Part shown: in pieces, positions 41,378 through 52,405 of the stretch
How positions within the stretch are numbered: the stretch's first letter is position 1
Layout of the letters: each line of letters opens with the position of its first letter
Program-made: the position numbers and the translations under genes
The notes under the pieces: model-generated
What the model was told of the DNA's origin: nothing
The model's input: only the letters and a program-made list of their open reading frames with translations
Database searches by the model: none
Source of the DNA: Dehalococcoidia bacterium
GTDB lineage: Bacteria; Chloroflexota; Dehalococcoidia; Plut-88900
NCBI GenBank assembly: GCA_965249275.1
Contig: CBDFLQ010000007.1
Coordinates: 992,001-1,056,000 of the forward strand
Length of the DNA stretch: 64,000 nucleotides
Direction of reading: 5' to 3'

Positions 41378-41521
41378 CTATGCGGTTTTACCGATCCGGA
41401 ACATCTTTGTGGAGCAGACTGGGCAGACACCCCGTGTGGCCGGGCGCCCATTCTTCATCGTAATGGCCTGTTGGCTACTCATCTCCCTCTTGGACCGGCA
41501 CTTCACACAATACGCTTCCAT
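41378..41521 (-). CDS. DUF5679-family small zinc-ribbon protein (47 aa, absent from the ORF track)
   Basis: MEAYCVKCRSKREMSSQQAITMKNGRPATRGVCPVCSTKMFRIGKTA*, with RBS GGAGG. Confidence 0.88.
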   Translation of the reverse strand: MEAYCVKCRSKREMSSQQAITMKNGRPATRGVCPVCSTKMFRIGKTA

Positions 41522-41914
41522 GGGATTCCTCCGAGCTTAAATTAGCAGGGCCTATCCTACAATATGATCATGCGTGAGTTTGCAATTATCCCCCGCAATC
41601 GCACCTCCTTTGGAGAGACGGATGCTGCATGGGTCTCCTCCTGCCAATAACTTTCGAACTACCAATCACCAAGGCCTAAAAAATGAATCCTCGGACAACT
41701 AGCTCTCCGAAGTGGAATTCAGCTCTGCTGCCCAAGAGTAGTGCAGAGTTTGGTGTTTATTGCGTAACCGGCGTGAACATATCGGCAAACTCTCGAGTGA
41801 CCGAGGTCATGGGAAGCCCCCTGGCCTGCTCCGTCACGGTGTTGAAGTCCGTGGCAAATTATTGCATGGCATCCCCTACCGCGTTTCGGTGGCAGGATGT
41901 TAGGCCGGAACACC

Positions 41915-42236
41915 ACTGGTCGAAGTCCTCCCGTTCGCCGCGCAAGAAGTTGGCACCGTTGATGGCGCTGGTGTCGCCGGTGACCCTGCGGCGGGGCACC
42001 ATCATGGGCAGGACCTCGTCGGTGGTGCGGGCCTCGAAGTTCCATTGGTAGTGGCTTTCGAATACGGTGGGTCTCGTACCGTAGAGCTACTTGAGCTCGG
42101 GGTGGGGGCGGTCGAGGTCCTGGAAGTCAGTTCCTTCCTATATGAGAAAAACGGACCGGTTGGGGTCTTCGGACAGGCGGCTGACCATCACGGCTCCACC
42201 AGAACCCGCGTCGACTATAATTTGATCGTACTTCTT
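41915..42236 (-). pseudogene. GMC oxidoreductase (choline dehydrogenase-like) N-terminal remnant
   Basis: KYDQIIVDAGSGGAVMVSRLSEDPNRSV...VPRRRVTGDTSAINGANFLRG, with two in-frame stops. Confidence 0.7.
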
Positions 42237-42350
42237 CGCCAAGCCTCTGCAAGCCCGGCCACGGGAGGCGGGTGTACCTTCCTCCCGTGGCAGATTATTC
42301 CGAGCCTGGGAAAGGGCCGATCCGGCGAGGAAACCGAAGGGGCGCTGTCT

Positions 42351-43427
42351 CTAGGGAATCCAAGCCTTCCAGATTTCCTCGTTGGCGTCGACCCAAGCCT
42401 GGGCGGCGTCTAGTGGAGTCATTCCCCCGTCAGTTACGTTTAAAACCATCTCGTTCTGCTGGTCATTGTCAATAGAGAGGTTTTTGAGGAACTGGTACGC
42501 ATCCGGGAACATGCCTTCTAGACCGGGCCAGACCAGTTTCGTCACGGGATCTAAGGGCCAGTGGCAGTTAAATTCTGGGCCGGTGGGGTAACACTCCTCG
42601 GTCCATGGGGGCAACTGTATATCCGTCAAATCGTATTTCGCGTGAGCCCAATGGGGTGTCCACACCCCGAAGAAAATTGGATCTCCTCGCTGGTATGAGG
42701 CGTCTATCTCGGCAAAGCTTGCGGCTTCGGAGCCCGAATAGACTACCTCGAAATCGAGCCCGAAGGCCTCCATGCGTTCCTCGTTTCTGGAGTCCCACGC
42801 TGGCAGAAAATCGAGGAATCTGCCCTTATCCCGGGTGTCGGCGGTTCTAAACAGGTCCTTGTACTGGTTTAGCTGCTCATAGCTCTGGAGATCAGGTGCC
42901 ATGGGCTCAATGCCCCGAGCCGGGTCGCCTTTTATGACGTAGGTGGGCACATACCATCCCATGCCGATGCCCAGGACTCCGGAGGGCCCCATGCGCATCA
43001 CGGTCCCTTTCGTATCAACGTACTCCTCGAGCAAGGCGGCGCTAAATGAGGGCCAGTTACAGCAAACGAAGTGAAAGTCGCCACTTTCCAGCCCGATAAA
43101 TAGGGGGGCGGAGTCGGAAGGGGCAAACTTTAGCTCTACCTCGTAGCCCATCTCCTTTTCTAAGAGGATCTGAGCTACGGAAGTCGTCACCAGGTTCCCA
43201 TCCCAATCCTGCTCGACTAGGACGATCTTGCCCTTCTCTTCGTCCGATTCAGTTCTTGTTTCTGCAGGCTCTGTTGCATCCGTTGCGGGTGCTTCTGTTG
43301 GAGCAGTTGTGGGTGTTGGGGCTGTAACCTCCTGTTCGTCTCCACCACAGGCCATCCCTACAAGGGAACCCACCAGCAATATGAAGACGACTGTTAGGCC
43401 AATCCACAAAGGTCTTATCTTGCCCAT
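42351..43427 (-). CDS. glycine betaine/proline ABC transporter substrate-binding lipoprotein (ProX/OpuAC-like)
   Basis: Lipobox GMAC, GWYVPTYVIKGD and WTPHW; adjacent to permease and ATPase genes. Confidence 0.88.
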   Translation of the reverse strand: MGKIRPLWIGLTVVFILLVGSLVGMACGGDEQEVTAPTPTTAPTEAPATDATEPAETRTESDEEKGKIVLVEQDWDGNLVTTSVAQILLEKEMGYEVELKFAPSDSAPLFIGLESGDFHFVCCNWPSFSAALLEEYVDTKGTVMRMGPSGVLGIGMGWYVPTYVIKGDPARGIEPMAPDLQSYEQLNQYKDLFRTADTRDKGRFLDFLPAWDSRNEERMEAFGLDFEVVYSGSEAASFAEIDASYQRGDPIFFGVWTPHWAHAKYDLTDIQLPPWTEECYPTGPEFNCHWPLDPVTKLVWPGLEGMFPDAYQFLKNLSIDNDQQNEMVLNVTDGGMTPLDAAQAWVDANEEIWKAWIP

Positions 43428-43568
43428 CCGTTTTACTCCTTTCCGATTTGGAGATAATAAGGAGCCGGGAATTCGCCGTTGCTGATTTCAAGGCTGTTAG
43501 CTTCTCATAGGCATCACCTATTCTCCTGGTCTTCCGGCCCGTTTACCATTCCTTTCCCACAGCTTTTG

Positions 43569-45578
43569 TTACCTTCCAACCGCAAATACTCTTACCTGGC
43601 CTCGTTTGCCTTGCGACATTCGGTCCAGCACCATCGCCATGAAGACGATTGCCATTCCAGATATGAGCCCATCTCCCATTTCCAGGTGGACATAACTGTC
43701 ATAAACCTCCTGGCCTAACCCCCCCCCACCTACGAGTCCTGCGATGATTACCATCGCCAGAACCATGATGACGGTCTGATTGATGCCCATCCTGATGGTG
43801 GGCATTGCCAACGGGAGCTGTACCTGTGTCAGGGTTTGGAGCCTGGTCGATCCGTGGGATTGAGCAGTCTCTATAATCTGGGGAGGAACTTGGCTGATGC
43901 CCAAACTGGTCATCCGGACCACGGGTGGCAAGGCATACACGACTGTGGCCAAGACACCAATATGTGGTCCTACACCCCATAGCATGATGACCGGTATCAG
44001 ATATACAAATATAGGCATAGTCTGCATGGTGTCCAGGATAGGGCGCAGGATAGCCTCGAAGGTTCTGCTCCGGGACGCCAGAACTCCTATGCAAATCCCT
44101 GCACTCACCGTGAAGACTCCAGCAGTTAGTACCTGGCTCAGGGTGTCTATGGTTAAATCCCAGACTCCTCCCATTCCAACAAATAGCAGTCCCGAAACCG
44201 TGAGAACTGCCGCACCCCTACCCGCCGTCACGTAAGCCAGAGCAGCCGCTAGGACAATCATGGCAGGCCAGGGAAGCCACAGCAAAAGGGTCTGAATCGG
44301 TGCGTAGCCGAGCTCGCGGAATAGGCTATCTCTGATCCAACTGGTAATGAAATGGAGGTTTACTGCTATCCAGTCCACAGCATAGTTGACGGGCTCGGCA
44401 AAAGAGAATGTCCACCTCTGGGGGAATTCTTTAGCGCCGTCCAGCACTACTGAGATGATTAGCAAGAGAACGATAACGGCGACACCGCCAATCAGAAGAC
44501 GGAAGTGAGTAAGCAGGTGACCTAGTTTCTTGGCGCCTGCAACGCCGGGTTTTGTGGAATGGAGGGAGTAGACCTTGGAGGTGTTGGTATTGGGGGGGGG
44601 CGCTTTAATATCTTCCCGGGCCAAGGCGTAGCTGAGTCGATCGAGGACAATGGCCAGCAATACGATGGCCACCCCGCTCTCAAGACCTTTGCCCGAGTCT
44701 ATTTGTCTCAGGGCGGTCCATACATCTCGGCCCAAGCCACCCGCGCCAACCAATGCGGTAATTATCACCATCGCCACGGCCATCATTATTGTCTGATTGA
44801 CCCCCATCATTATGGACCGTCTGGCAAGGGGTAATTGAACTTGGAATAGGGTCTGTAGGGTCGTCGAGCCGTGACAGAGGGCCGTCTCGATGGTTTCCCG
44901 GGGCACTTGGCGAATTCCGAGGTTGGTAAGCCTGATAGCGGGAGGAATGGAATAGACCACTGTAAGGAAGACACTCTGCGTGCCACTTACTCCAAAGAGA
45001 ATCAGGGCAGGTATCAGATAGACAAAGGGTGGAAGAACTTGCATCGTATCAAGAATGGGACGAACTACTGCCTCGAAGCGATTGCTAAAGGCGACCAGAA
45101 TACCCACCGGGATGGCAACGGCCACAGCTATTAGGACAGAGACACCCATGATGCTCAGGGTTATCATGGCCGAATCCCAAAATCCGATGAGGCCTATGGA
45201 GATGAGGCTCGCTCCGCAAAGTATGGCCAACCCTTTGCCCAAAAGCTTGAGCCCAAGCAAAGTTGTTACCCCAAACGCGACGGTCCAAGGGAGCCAAAGA
45301 AGAAAAGTCTCAAGCCAGGCTAGGCCCTTATCGATGACATCGGAAATAGGGTTGAAGAACCATGAGAGGTTGTTCCCTGTCCACTCAAAAAGAGAGTCTA
45401 TGGGTTCCTGTACGGGTAATTCCCAAGCTTTGGGAAAGTCTCCGAAATCAGTGCTCACGTAGTTCCTGGATAGCAAGTAGGCCAGGAAGTATACGGCAAT
45501 TGCCACAGTTCCCCACAGAGTTCCCCGGGATATGCCTCCCTGGCGAATCAGGGCTGGGATGGCCTCGACCCGCATCAT
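43569..45578 (-). CDS. glycine betaine ABC transporter permease, two fused ProW domains
   Basis: [15 protein letters not shown] and MG(V/I)NQT each occur twice. Confidence 0.9.
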   Translation of the reverse strand: MMRVEAIPALIRQGGISRGTLWGTVAIAVYFLAYLLSRNYVSTDFGDFPKAWELPVQEPIDSLFEWTGNNLSWFFNPISDVIDKGLAWLETFLLWLPWTVAFGVTTLLGLKLLGKGLAILCGASLISIGLIGFWDSAMITLSIMGVSVLIAVAVAIPVGILVAFSNRFEAVVRPILDTMQVLPPFVYLIPALILFGVSGTQSVFLTVVYSIPPAIRLTNLGIRQVPRETIETALCHGSTTLQTLFQVQLPLARRSIMMGVNQTIMMAVAMVIITALVGAGGLGRDVWTALRQIDSGKGLESGVAIVLLAIVLDRLSYALAREDIKAPPPNTNTSKVYSLHSTKPGVAGAKKLGHLLTHFRLLIGGVAVIVLLLIISVVLDGAKEFPQRWTFSFAEPVNYAVDWIAVNLHFITSWIRDSLFRELGYAPIQTLLLWLPWPAMIVLAAALAYVTAGRGAAVLTVSGLLFVGMGGVWDLTIDTLSQVLTAGVFTVSAGICIGVLASRSRTFEAILRPILDTMQTMPIFVYLIPVIMLWGVGPHIGVLATVVYALPPVVRMTSLGISQVPPQIIETAQSHGSTRLQTLTQVQLPLAMPTIRMGINQTVIMVLAMVIIAGLVGGGGLGQEVYDSYVHLEMGDGLISGMAIVFMAMVLDRMSQGKRGQVRVFAVGR

Positions 45579-46789
45579 GACGCCACGTTTTCCTCGTTAA
45601 CAAGAGCCTTCATCGCCGCCTCTCGGCTGATAATCCCCAGGCACCGTGCATTGTCAACCACAGCAATAGGACTTTCGCTGGTGATGGTCAAGGGAATCAG
45701 TTCCTCCAGCCGGGTCTCAGGAGCTGTGATCGGACATGAATAGCGCATGACGGAGGCAACGCTGGAGTGTTCGGTGGCTGTACCGCTGCGGATATCCTCC
45801 AACTGCACCGTTCCCCTAAAATGATTTTGGGTGTCGACAACCACGGCACAGTCGCATTCCTGGTTGGTCATTCTGGTTATCAGGTCAACCAATCCCTCAT
45901 CGGCTGTGGCATAGACGCGGGCAGGGGCCATGACGGAGCGGGCGGTGAGCACCTTGGACCGGGGAACGTCTCGGGTGAAGTCGCGCACGTAGTCGTTGGT
46001 GGGGGCGGAAACAACTTCTTCCGGGGTGCCGATCTGGACAAATTCTCCATCTTTCATTATGGCTACTCGGTCGCCAACCTTGAGGGCTTCGAGGAAGTCG
46101 TGGGTGATGAAGACCATGGTCTTTTGGACGAACTGCTGGAGCTTTATGAGCTGGTCCTGCATTTCTCGCCGGATAAGTGGGTCGAGGGCGCTGAAGGGCT
46201 CGTCGAAGAGAAGGATCTCGGGGTCTACGGCGAGGGCCCGGGCCAGCCCGACGCGCTGCTGCATGCCGCCGCTCAACTCGTGGGGGTAGCGCTCCTCCCA
46301 TCCCATCAGCCCCACCAGCTCTATTACTTCAGCGGCGCGCTTGGTGCGTGTGGCCTTGTCCATGCCCTGAATTTGCAGGCCGTAGACCACGTTCTCCATG
46401 ACCCGCTTGTGGGGGAAGTTGCCGAAGTGCTGGAAGACCATGCCCATCTTGTAGCGGCGTATGTCCCGGAGTTGATGCTTGTTCATAGCGAGAACATCCT
46501 CGCCGTCTATCAGTATCTGCCCGCGGGTGGGTTCGATGAGGCGGCTGAGACAGCGGACCAAGGTGGACTTGCCGCTGCCGGAGAGGCCCATGATGACGAA
46601 GGTCTCGCCTTCACGAACGTCGAAGGAGACGTCCCTGACAGCGACAACGTTTCCCGTTTGCGCCAGCACCTCCTCACGGGAGAGGGAAGGGTCCACGGAG
46701 TCTGCGAGTTCTTGGGCCCTATCTCCGAAGATCTTCCACAGGTTACGACAAATGAGCCTGTAACCGACATCGATTTCGGGTTGGTTCAT
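45575..46789 (-). CDS. glycine betaine ABC transporter ATP-binding protein with CBS domains (ProV/OpuAA-like)
   Basis: [25 protein letters not shown] and [12 protein letters not shown]. Confidence 0.93.
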   Translation of the reverse strand: MNQPEIDVGYRLICRNLWKIFGDRAQELADSVDPSLSREEVLAQTGNVVAVRDVSFDVREGETFVIMGLSGSGKSTLVRCLSRLIEPTRGQILIDGEDVLAMNKHQLRDIRRYKMGMVFQHFGNFPHKRVMENVVYGLQIQGMDKATRTKRAAEVIELVGLMGWEERYPHELSGGMQQRVGLARALAVDPEILLFDEPFSALDPLIRREMQDQLIKLQQFVQKTMVFITHDFLEALKVGDRVAIMKDGEFVQIGTPEEVVSAPTNDYVRDFTRDVPRSKVLTARSVMAPARVYATADEGLVDLITRMTNQECDCAVVVDTQNHFRGTVQLEDIRSGTATEHSSVASVMRYSCPITAPETRLEELIPLTITSESPIAVVDNARCLGIISREAAMKALVNEENVAS

Positions 46790-46913
46790 CAGTTTGCCGC
46801 CTGCTCTAAAGGGGCCTTCCCAGGACGTTCAGCTGAAGATCATGGGGGAGAACGCAGTGAGGCTGTATGGTCTGAATTGAGGGTAACCGCAGTAAGACTC
46901 CCGAGGACTCTGC

Positions 46914-48074
46914 TCAGCTTGACGTCCTGGTCGCGGCCACCTTGAAGGCGGGCATCACCTCTTCTGCAAACCGCTCTATTTGATCGAGGACTACGTCGCG
47001 GGGGGTGGATAGGAAGGGCAGGATGATGAACTCCCGCAAGCCTGGATACAGGTCCTGGAGCAGCATCAGGGACTCTATGATCTGTTCAGAAGTACCGCAC
47101 AGTAAGGCACCTGCGCTTACCGTATCCTCAACAGTGGGTAGGGTTGCCCACAGCTCCTGGGTGGGATTTTCCAAGTCTTTCATCTGCTCCTCGGTGAGTC
47201 CCCCTAATAAACCCAGGGGCCCGACCACCTTGGTATGCTCCTCGAAATAGAGCCTGGCCTCCTCTGGCGCCTTCTCGCGACTCTCTGATATGTAGAATGG
47301 CTCTATTATGATGAAGTCCTCGCCAAGCTGGGTTTCCCGACCCGCTCGGGCCTGGGCCTCTTGCCACGCCTCAACTACGCTTCTTGCTCCTCCGGATATG
47401 GCTTTGATGCCGTGCTTGATCATTAAGTCGATGCCGCGCTTGCTGGAACTGACAATTGGCTGCCAACACTCCACGGGAAGGTGTTTGGGGCGGGGCACCA
47501 AGGTTACCTCCTCTAACTGGTAACCGCGGTAGGGGACCCGAGGCGGTATGTCGTAGTGTTTACCGTGGTGGGAGAAGGAGCGGTTGTTGAAAGCCTTAAA
47601 TAGTATCTCAACCTGCTCCTCGAACAGTTCCCTGTTGGCATCCTTATCCAGCAAAGGCGCGCCGAATGACTCTACTTCTCGGACGTGATACCCCCGGCCC
47701 AGGCCGAAGATAATTCGGCCATCGGTTAAGTGGTCGGCCAAGGCGTAGTCCTCGGCTAGCCGCAGGGGATGCCACTCGGTAGCGACGTTAAAGGCACAGC
47801 CGAATTTGATGTTTTTCGTCAGATGGGACAGGTGGACGGAGTGCATTAGGAGATTTGGCAGGCATTCGAACCCCTCCCGTTGAAAATGATGCTCAGCCAG
47901 CCACAGAGTGTAGAAGCCTAGGCGATCGGCCATTTTGGCGACGGCCTCGGTATTATCTAAGGCCGAGGCCAGTTGTTCGTCGGAGAGAAAACGCTCGTTG
48001 ACCGGCATTCCATCGTATCCGATGTTTTCCACATCTGCGTGGCCAGCGTACAATATACTAAATCGTTCAATCAT
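46914..48074 (-). CDS. LLM class flavin-dependent oxidoreductase
   Basis: WLAEHHFQREG and WHPLRLAEDYA..D.LT.GR..FG.GRGYH. Confidence 0.9.
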   Translation of the reverse strand: MIERFSILYAGHADVENIGYDGMPVNERFLSDEQLASALDNTEAVAKMADRLGFYTLWLAEHHFQREGFECLPNLLMHSVHLSHLTKNIKFGCAFNVATEWHPLRLAEDYALADHLTDGRIIFGLGRGYHVREVESFGAPLLDKDANRELFEEQVEILFKAFNNRSFSHHGKHYDIPPRVPYRGYQLEEVTLVPRPKHLPVECWQPIVSSSKRGIDLMIKHGIKAISGGARSVVEAWQEAQARAGRETQLGEDFIIIEPFYISESREKAPEEARLYFEEHTKVVGPLGLLGGLTEEQMKDLENPTQELWATLPTVEDTVSAGALLCGTSEQIIESLMLLQDLYPGLREFIILPFLSTPRDVVLDQIERFAEEVMPAFKVAATRTSS

Positions 48075-48194
48075 CGTCCAACCTCCTCGTTTTCTGCCTC
48101 GGTTGCAAAAGCCCTTTCCCCGATATAGCCGAGCCTAGACTCTACGCGAAGAAAGATAAAAGATAGAGGAGTCAGGGAAGGAAGTCAATCGGCT

Positions 48195-48512
48195 ATCCAG
48201 CCGTTCTGGAGTCACCACGCCGGACGGGATAACGAAAACTGGGAGCACGCGTTCGAGAGCAGCAAGAGAGAGGTACGACAGGCCTTGGCCGATCGTGACA
48301 CGAGAGTCATTCTGAATACTCTTTTCGACCGATTGTACGTCCTGCGCTTTCGGCTCAGGCACGGGAGTGCCTCATGGCAAAGTTCAGTGAATCGTGACCA
48401 AGTCCGGGATGGAGCCAGAATACTCTCTTTCCTCGTACCCATCTTCGTTGAGTTGATGATGTCAGAGCCGGACATAGACTGGGGAACGCCTGATTACCCG
48501 GTTGTCAACTAG
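48195..48512 (+). pseudogene. HEPN-like domain protein, C-terminal fragment
   Basis: QPFW...LFDRLYVLRFRLRHGSASWQSSVNRDQVRDG...WG.P.YPVV with an Rx4H-like motif; no N-terminus. Confidence 0.5.
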
Positions 48513-48596
48513 CCGCCCGTAGATATCGCGGACTATCCGAAACTGCACCCATTCGATGGACGCATGGTCGATAAATCAACTTGCTCGGACCAATTC

Positions 48597-48975
48597 CTTA
48601 GCATTGGCCTCCCAGCGAAAAGTGCCCAAACAGCACACTCAACCTATGGGGGCTCGAAGTGACCATTGGCGCTAATGTGGTGATAACAGATGTGGGAACG
48701 TATACTGAATACCCACCATATTAGCTTTATATAGTGTTCCTCCCATCTCCGCCGTCAGGGACTCGAACTGAACCGTAGCTACATGGAACAATTCAGTAGA
48801 GCGATGAACTAAACCTCACCGAAAGGGTTCTACCTTCTATACGTTCGGGGTCACCTGCCCGGATTCGAAACGACAAGAACGCCTCGCCATTTATGGCAAC
48901 GTTCCTAGATTGACACAACCCGGCGAAAGGTTCTCTCTGCCGTACCGTTTGGCATGCCGACGGGCACGGAAGTTC
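48597..48975 (+). repeat. array of about four att-like sites, ~100-bp period
   Basis: Centres near 48648, 48746, 48848 and 48951. 48904-48945 vs 34499-34540 match 32/42 ungapped. GTTCT-N16-GG-N16-CGAAA at 48827-48870. Confidence 0.7.
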
Positions 48976-49427
48976 AATGGGAAGCGACAGGGTGCATCTC
49001 AGGGACGGAGAGCAAGTTTCCCGCCTAAGCCCCAGTTATCAGTTTGAGCACTTCCAGCCGAGCAGGACGATATTAAGCGATACCGTAACTATGGAAGCGA
49101 ATTCGGAAGGTCAAGAAAGTCCAATGAAATGGAACAAGATCATGCCGGAAGTCGCCCAATGGCGACCTCCCGTCAACAAGGATCCTTCGTCAAAAGGTGA
49201 TTTGTCGATCACGCGGCGCCACCCCGCGCAAGAGCTGCCCGGAAGGGCCGGCTCTCGTTGTATCCGTCCGCCGGTGGGCATGGCAAGCTTGAAGGCCGAG
49301 TACCGGTGGCGTAAGATTAGCGCGAGTGTTGGCGTTGAATTGTGAGGGTTCTTTAGCCGGGGTGGCCGGCATTCGCTGTTCAATACTAGTCGATTCGGTA
49401 TTTCTTGATAAGGCTAGGAGGCTAATC

Positions 49428-49823
49428 ATGAGCACTACCGTGGAAAACAAGGCGGTGCAGGTAGTCCATGGCACTCAGGACCCAACTACCACGAGCCAAA
49501 CCCGGGGCATGATCAGAAAGCCCGGAATTGACTCCAACACCGTTGGCGCCGGCAAGATCTGGCTAGGCCACGTGACTTGTACGCCTAATACTTTGGGACC
49601 GCCACACCATCATGGGGAGGCGGAGACCGCAGCCTTCGTGTTGAGCGGCCAGATTCGGGTCTATTTCGGAGAGAATCTCGAAGAATACGTGGACGCTGGC
49701 CCAGGAGACTTTATCTTCGTGCCGGCTCATACGCCCCATATCGAAGGGAACGTAACCGACGAACCTGCTGAGGCGATGCTCTCGAGGGGGCCGGACAACA
49801 TAGTGATTAACCTGGAGGAGTGA
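49428..49823 (+). CDS. cupin domain protein
   Basis: HHHGEAETA and GPGDFIFVPAHTPHIEGN; RBS AGGAGG. Confidence 0.88.
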   Translation: MSTTVENKAVQVVHGTQDPTTTSQTRGMIRKPGIDSNTVGAGKIWLGHVTCTPNTLGPPHHHGEAETAAFVLSGQIRVYFGENLEEYVDAGPGDFIFVPAHTPHIEGNVTDEPAEAMLSRGPDNIVINLEE

Positions 49824-50357
49824 TTACCCCCAGGTTTGCTGTGGCTGGGCTTCTAGGCGAAGCCCGCTAACACCGCCTCTGATTAATGACAATCCCACCT
49901 CACCCTGGTGTCCCATGGCCCATCGAACTAAACAAAGCCGAGGGGCTCGATGCCAAGGTATAGCTGCGGACCTGCAATCGGGGGCCGACACGTAGTGAGA
50001 AAGACGGCAGATCCCGAATGTAAGGGGTCCTCCGAGGCCTATTCCTGGCATTTCTTCTGGTCCTAGCCGCCTATTCGATTGAAATACCGCCTCCTGAGGA
50101 GACCACATTATCTGTCCCGGCAATGCTGGGCCCCACTTCCACGGCGCAAGTTCCGGAGGACATCACGCCGGCATCTCGGGCCACCATAGAGTCCGCGGCC
50201 GCGACCAGCAATCCGTCACCGGGCTCCTTAAAGAGAACATCCTGTCCGATACCAACCCAGGTGCAAGCTGCGCCTCCAGAAACCCCGGTGCCAGGCTTGG
50301 CCGCCGCCTTCCCGATAACCGTGGAGCCAGGCCCCGCGGAAATATAGAGAGGGCGAT

Positions 50358-51212
50358 CTACTCACCCGTCCCGGGCGACCAGTTGTATATCTTTTCAAGC
50401 GTTCCGCCCATTAACGCGGAGCGCTCCGAATCCGAAAGCTGGTCGGCAACCCGGAATACCTCAACACCTTGCTTATAGGTCAACAGGTTAACTGCCCGGG
50501 TCCAGTCAGTACCCCACATGCATCGATCGAAGCCGAACGCATCGAACACCCTCTCCATGGGTCCCCAGATGTCCGGGTATGGAAAGGGCTCGTGGGACAG
50601 GGTACAGGCTCCGGAAATCTTGATGGCTACGTTGTCATATTCGGCCAGTGAAAGCACGTCGGCCAGATCGGCAAACGGGTCCGGCGGTGGGGGAGGCTTG
50701 AAGGGTTGGACCAGGCCCACATGATCGATCACCACCTGGGTGTTTGGATGGCGGCGAGCCAGCTCGCGCATTAAGGGTAGCTTTCCCCAACACAGGACGT
50801 TCACCGGAACGCCCACGAGAGCACCGGCAGCGAGAATGCGATTTAGACCCGGGTCGTCCGCTTCATATGGCTGGTAAGCAAGCATGATGCGGGCCCCGAC
50901 CACACCAGGCAAGCCGGTCCACTCCACCATTTCGTCAGCCGTCGCTTCGGACTGCGGATCGAATGGCTTGATCAGGCCGAAACTGCCGGGATGTTTCGCG
51001 TATACCTCGAGAGCGTAGCTGGCATCGTAGCCATACATGGAGAACGGCGAAACCAACAAGGCCCCGTCGACGCCGACCGAGTCCATCGCCGCCACCATAT
51101 CGTCGCCAGTCACCTCATCGGGGCCCTCCAAGAATCCACTCCAGGGGCGCTCAGGGCGGTTACGCTCGTACGCATGGACCTGCGAGTCAATTGTGGGAGT
51201 GCGAGTCGTCAT
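50358..51212 (-). CDS. amidohydrolase (lactonase-like)
   Basis: IDSQVHAY, VIDHVG, NVAIKISG and RCMWGTDW. Confidence 0.88.
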   Translation of the reverse strand: MTTRTPTIDSQVHAYERNRPERPWSGFLEGPDEVTGDDMVAAMDSVGVDGALLVSPFSMYGYDASYALEVYAKHPGSFGLIKPFDPQSEATADEMVEWTGLPGVVGARIMLAYQPYEADDPGLNRILAAGALVGVPVNVLCWGKLPLMRELARRHPNTQVVIDHVGLVQPFKPPPPPDPFADLADVLSLAEYDNVAIKISGACTLSHEPFPYPDIWGPMERVFDAFGFDRCMWGTDWTRAVNLLTYKQGVEVFRVADQLSDSERSALMGGTLEKIYNWSPGTGE

Positions 51213-51441
51213 CGCCTTCCTCCTTTTCGCTCATGGATTTCGGGTGGTTGCGTGAGGCTCTGCTCCAGAGTGCCCCAGAGCTGTAAACCGGGACATGTCA
51301 GACCGATCTTCTTCATTGCGACTGCCCGGCGAGACATTCGCCGCACGGTACGTGTAGCCCCACCAACGCTGCCGGTAGATAGCTCCGTCTTCGAGATGTG
51401 GCTGGGCAGCCTGTAAAGCCACCGAGTCCCAGGGCCCTTTC

Positions 51442-52038
51442 TCATTCCCCCTCTTCCCGCTCTCGCGGTTCTATGTCGGCACGGATTCCCTCACTGATGC
51501 GGTCCGTCTCAGCCTGAAGACCCTCAATACGCAGGAGAGCGTCCGCCATCGGAAGCTTCCGCACCCCCTCCAATCCCTCACAGAGGGTATCGAACCTGTG
51601 CCACTCCGTCTCCTCAAACCCCTCCGGTGCAAGCTCACCCCGCGACATGACCCACGAGCACATAGCGAAGACGCCTCTCTCCGTATCAAGCGCCTCGTCA
51701 CAGTTGTCCTCCTCAACGCACTCTTTGAAGTCGTCCAGCCGGGCGTCGAAGCGTCGTGCGAGCGTCTCCGAGTCGGCGATCCAGTCCTCGACGTCGGGAA
51801 ACAGACGGTCGCACCCGGTCAGCGACAGTGCGACGAGAGCAGCGACCCCGATGAGCAGAACGGTCAAAATCAATCCAGCACTCGCTGGATCGTCGCGTCG
51901 GTCTCCCCCATCATCACGATTGAGCCCGCGGCATCGTCTTCGTTTACCATGTGGGTCCTTCTTTTCCGGGCGGTGCATAACCCAGGTGACCACCGCTAAA
52001 TTTTGATGCCGATCGGGGGTAATCTTGTAAGACTCCAT
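51442..52038 (-). CDS. hypothetical lipoprotein (start uncertain)
   Basis: Hydrophobic stretch with lipobox LSLTGC, followed by an acidic helical domain. Confidence 0.5.
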   Translation of the reverse strand: MESYKITPDRHQNLAVVTWVMHRPEKKDPHGKRRRCRGLNRDDGGDRRDDPASAGLILTVLLIGVAALVALSLTGCDRLFPDVEDWIADSETLARRFDARLDDFKECVEEDNCDEALDTERGVFAMCSWVMSRGELAPEGFEETEWHRFDTLCEGLEGVRKLPMADALLRIEGLQAETDRISEGIRADIEPREREEGE

Positions 52039-52156
52039 CTATAGGAGCATCAGAATTCTGTTAAATTATCGCCCCAACAGTACGCGGGAATCTGGCCCCT
52101 CGTCAATCCGATCCAGGATCTGTATTGGGAGTCCCTGCGAAACGAAGGATCAATTC

Positions 52157-52200
52157 AAAGTTCGCAGTACCGTACACCTAGCCCCTCCCGTCCAGTTGCC
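52157..52200 (+). repeat. att-like left half-site
   Basis: AAAGTTCGCAGTACCGTAC matches 34522-34540 at 18/19. Confidence 0.65.
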
Positions 52201-52405
52201 CAAATGGGTTCTCAACCTCTTAAAATCGAACTTGCCTTTGTGATCGGTGGAGAGGATGGAGCGACCGATAAGTTCACTTGAACTGACTGCCGACACCTGC
52301 AGACATCTGCATAGGCTGGCGCCATTTTGCACATAGCTCTTCACTAAACCTTAAGAATCAGATTATCCGATATTGTTAGGAGAGTCTCAGCACCCCAGTT
52401 TCTAT

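Noticed and set aside
48738-48753. TCCCATCTCCGCC as attR of the tRNA-Ser island
   Set aside because: Only a short gapped match to the tRNA 3' end (ATCCCACTCCCTCCGCCA); not convincing.
34420-48975. The ~100-bp arrays as CRISPR arrays or tRNA genes
   Set aside because: Repeats are only ~70-75% identical and no cas genes are present. Only a T-arm-like 10-mer is present, with no cloverleaf.
50090-50347. Pro/Thr/Ala-rich short ORF
   Set aside because: Low complexity with no RBS or domain; at most a linker remnant.
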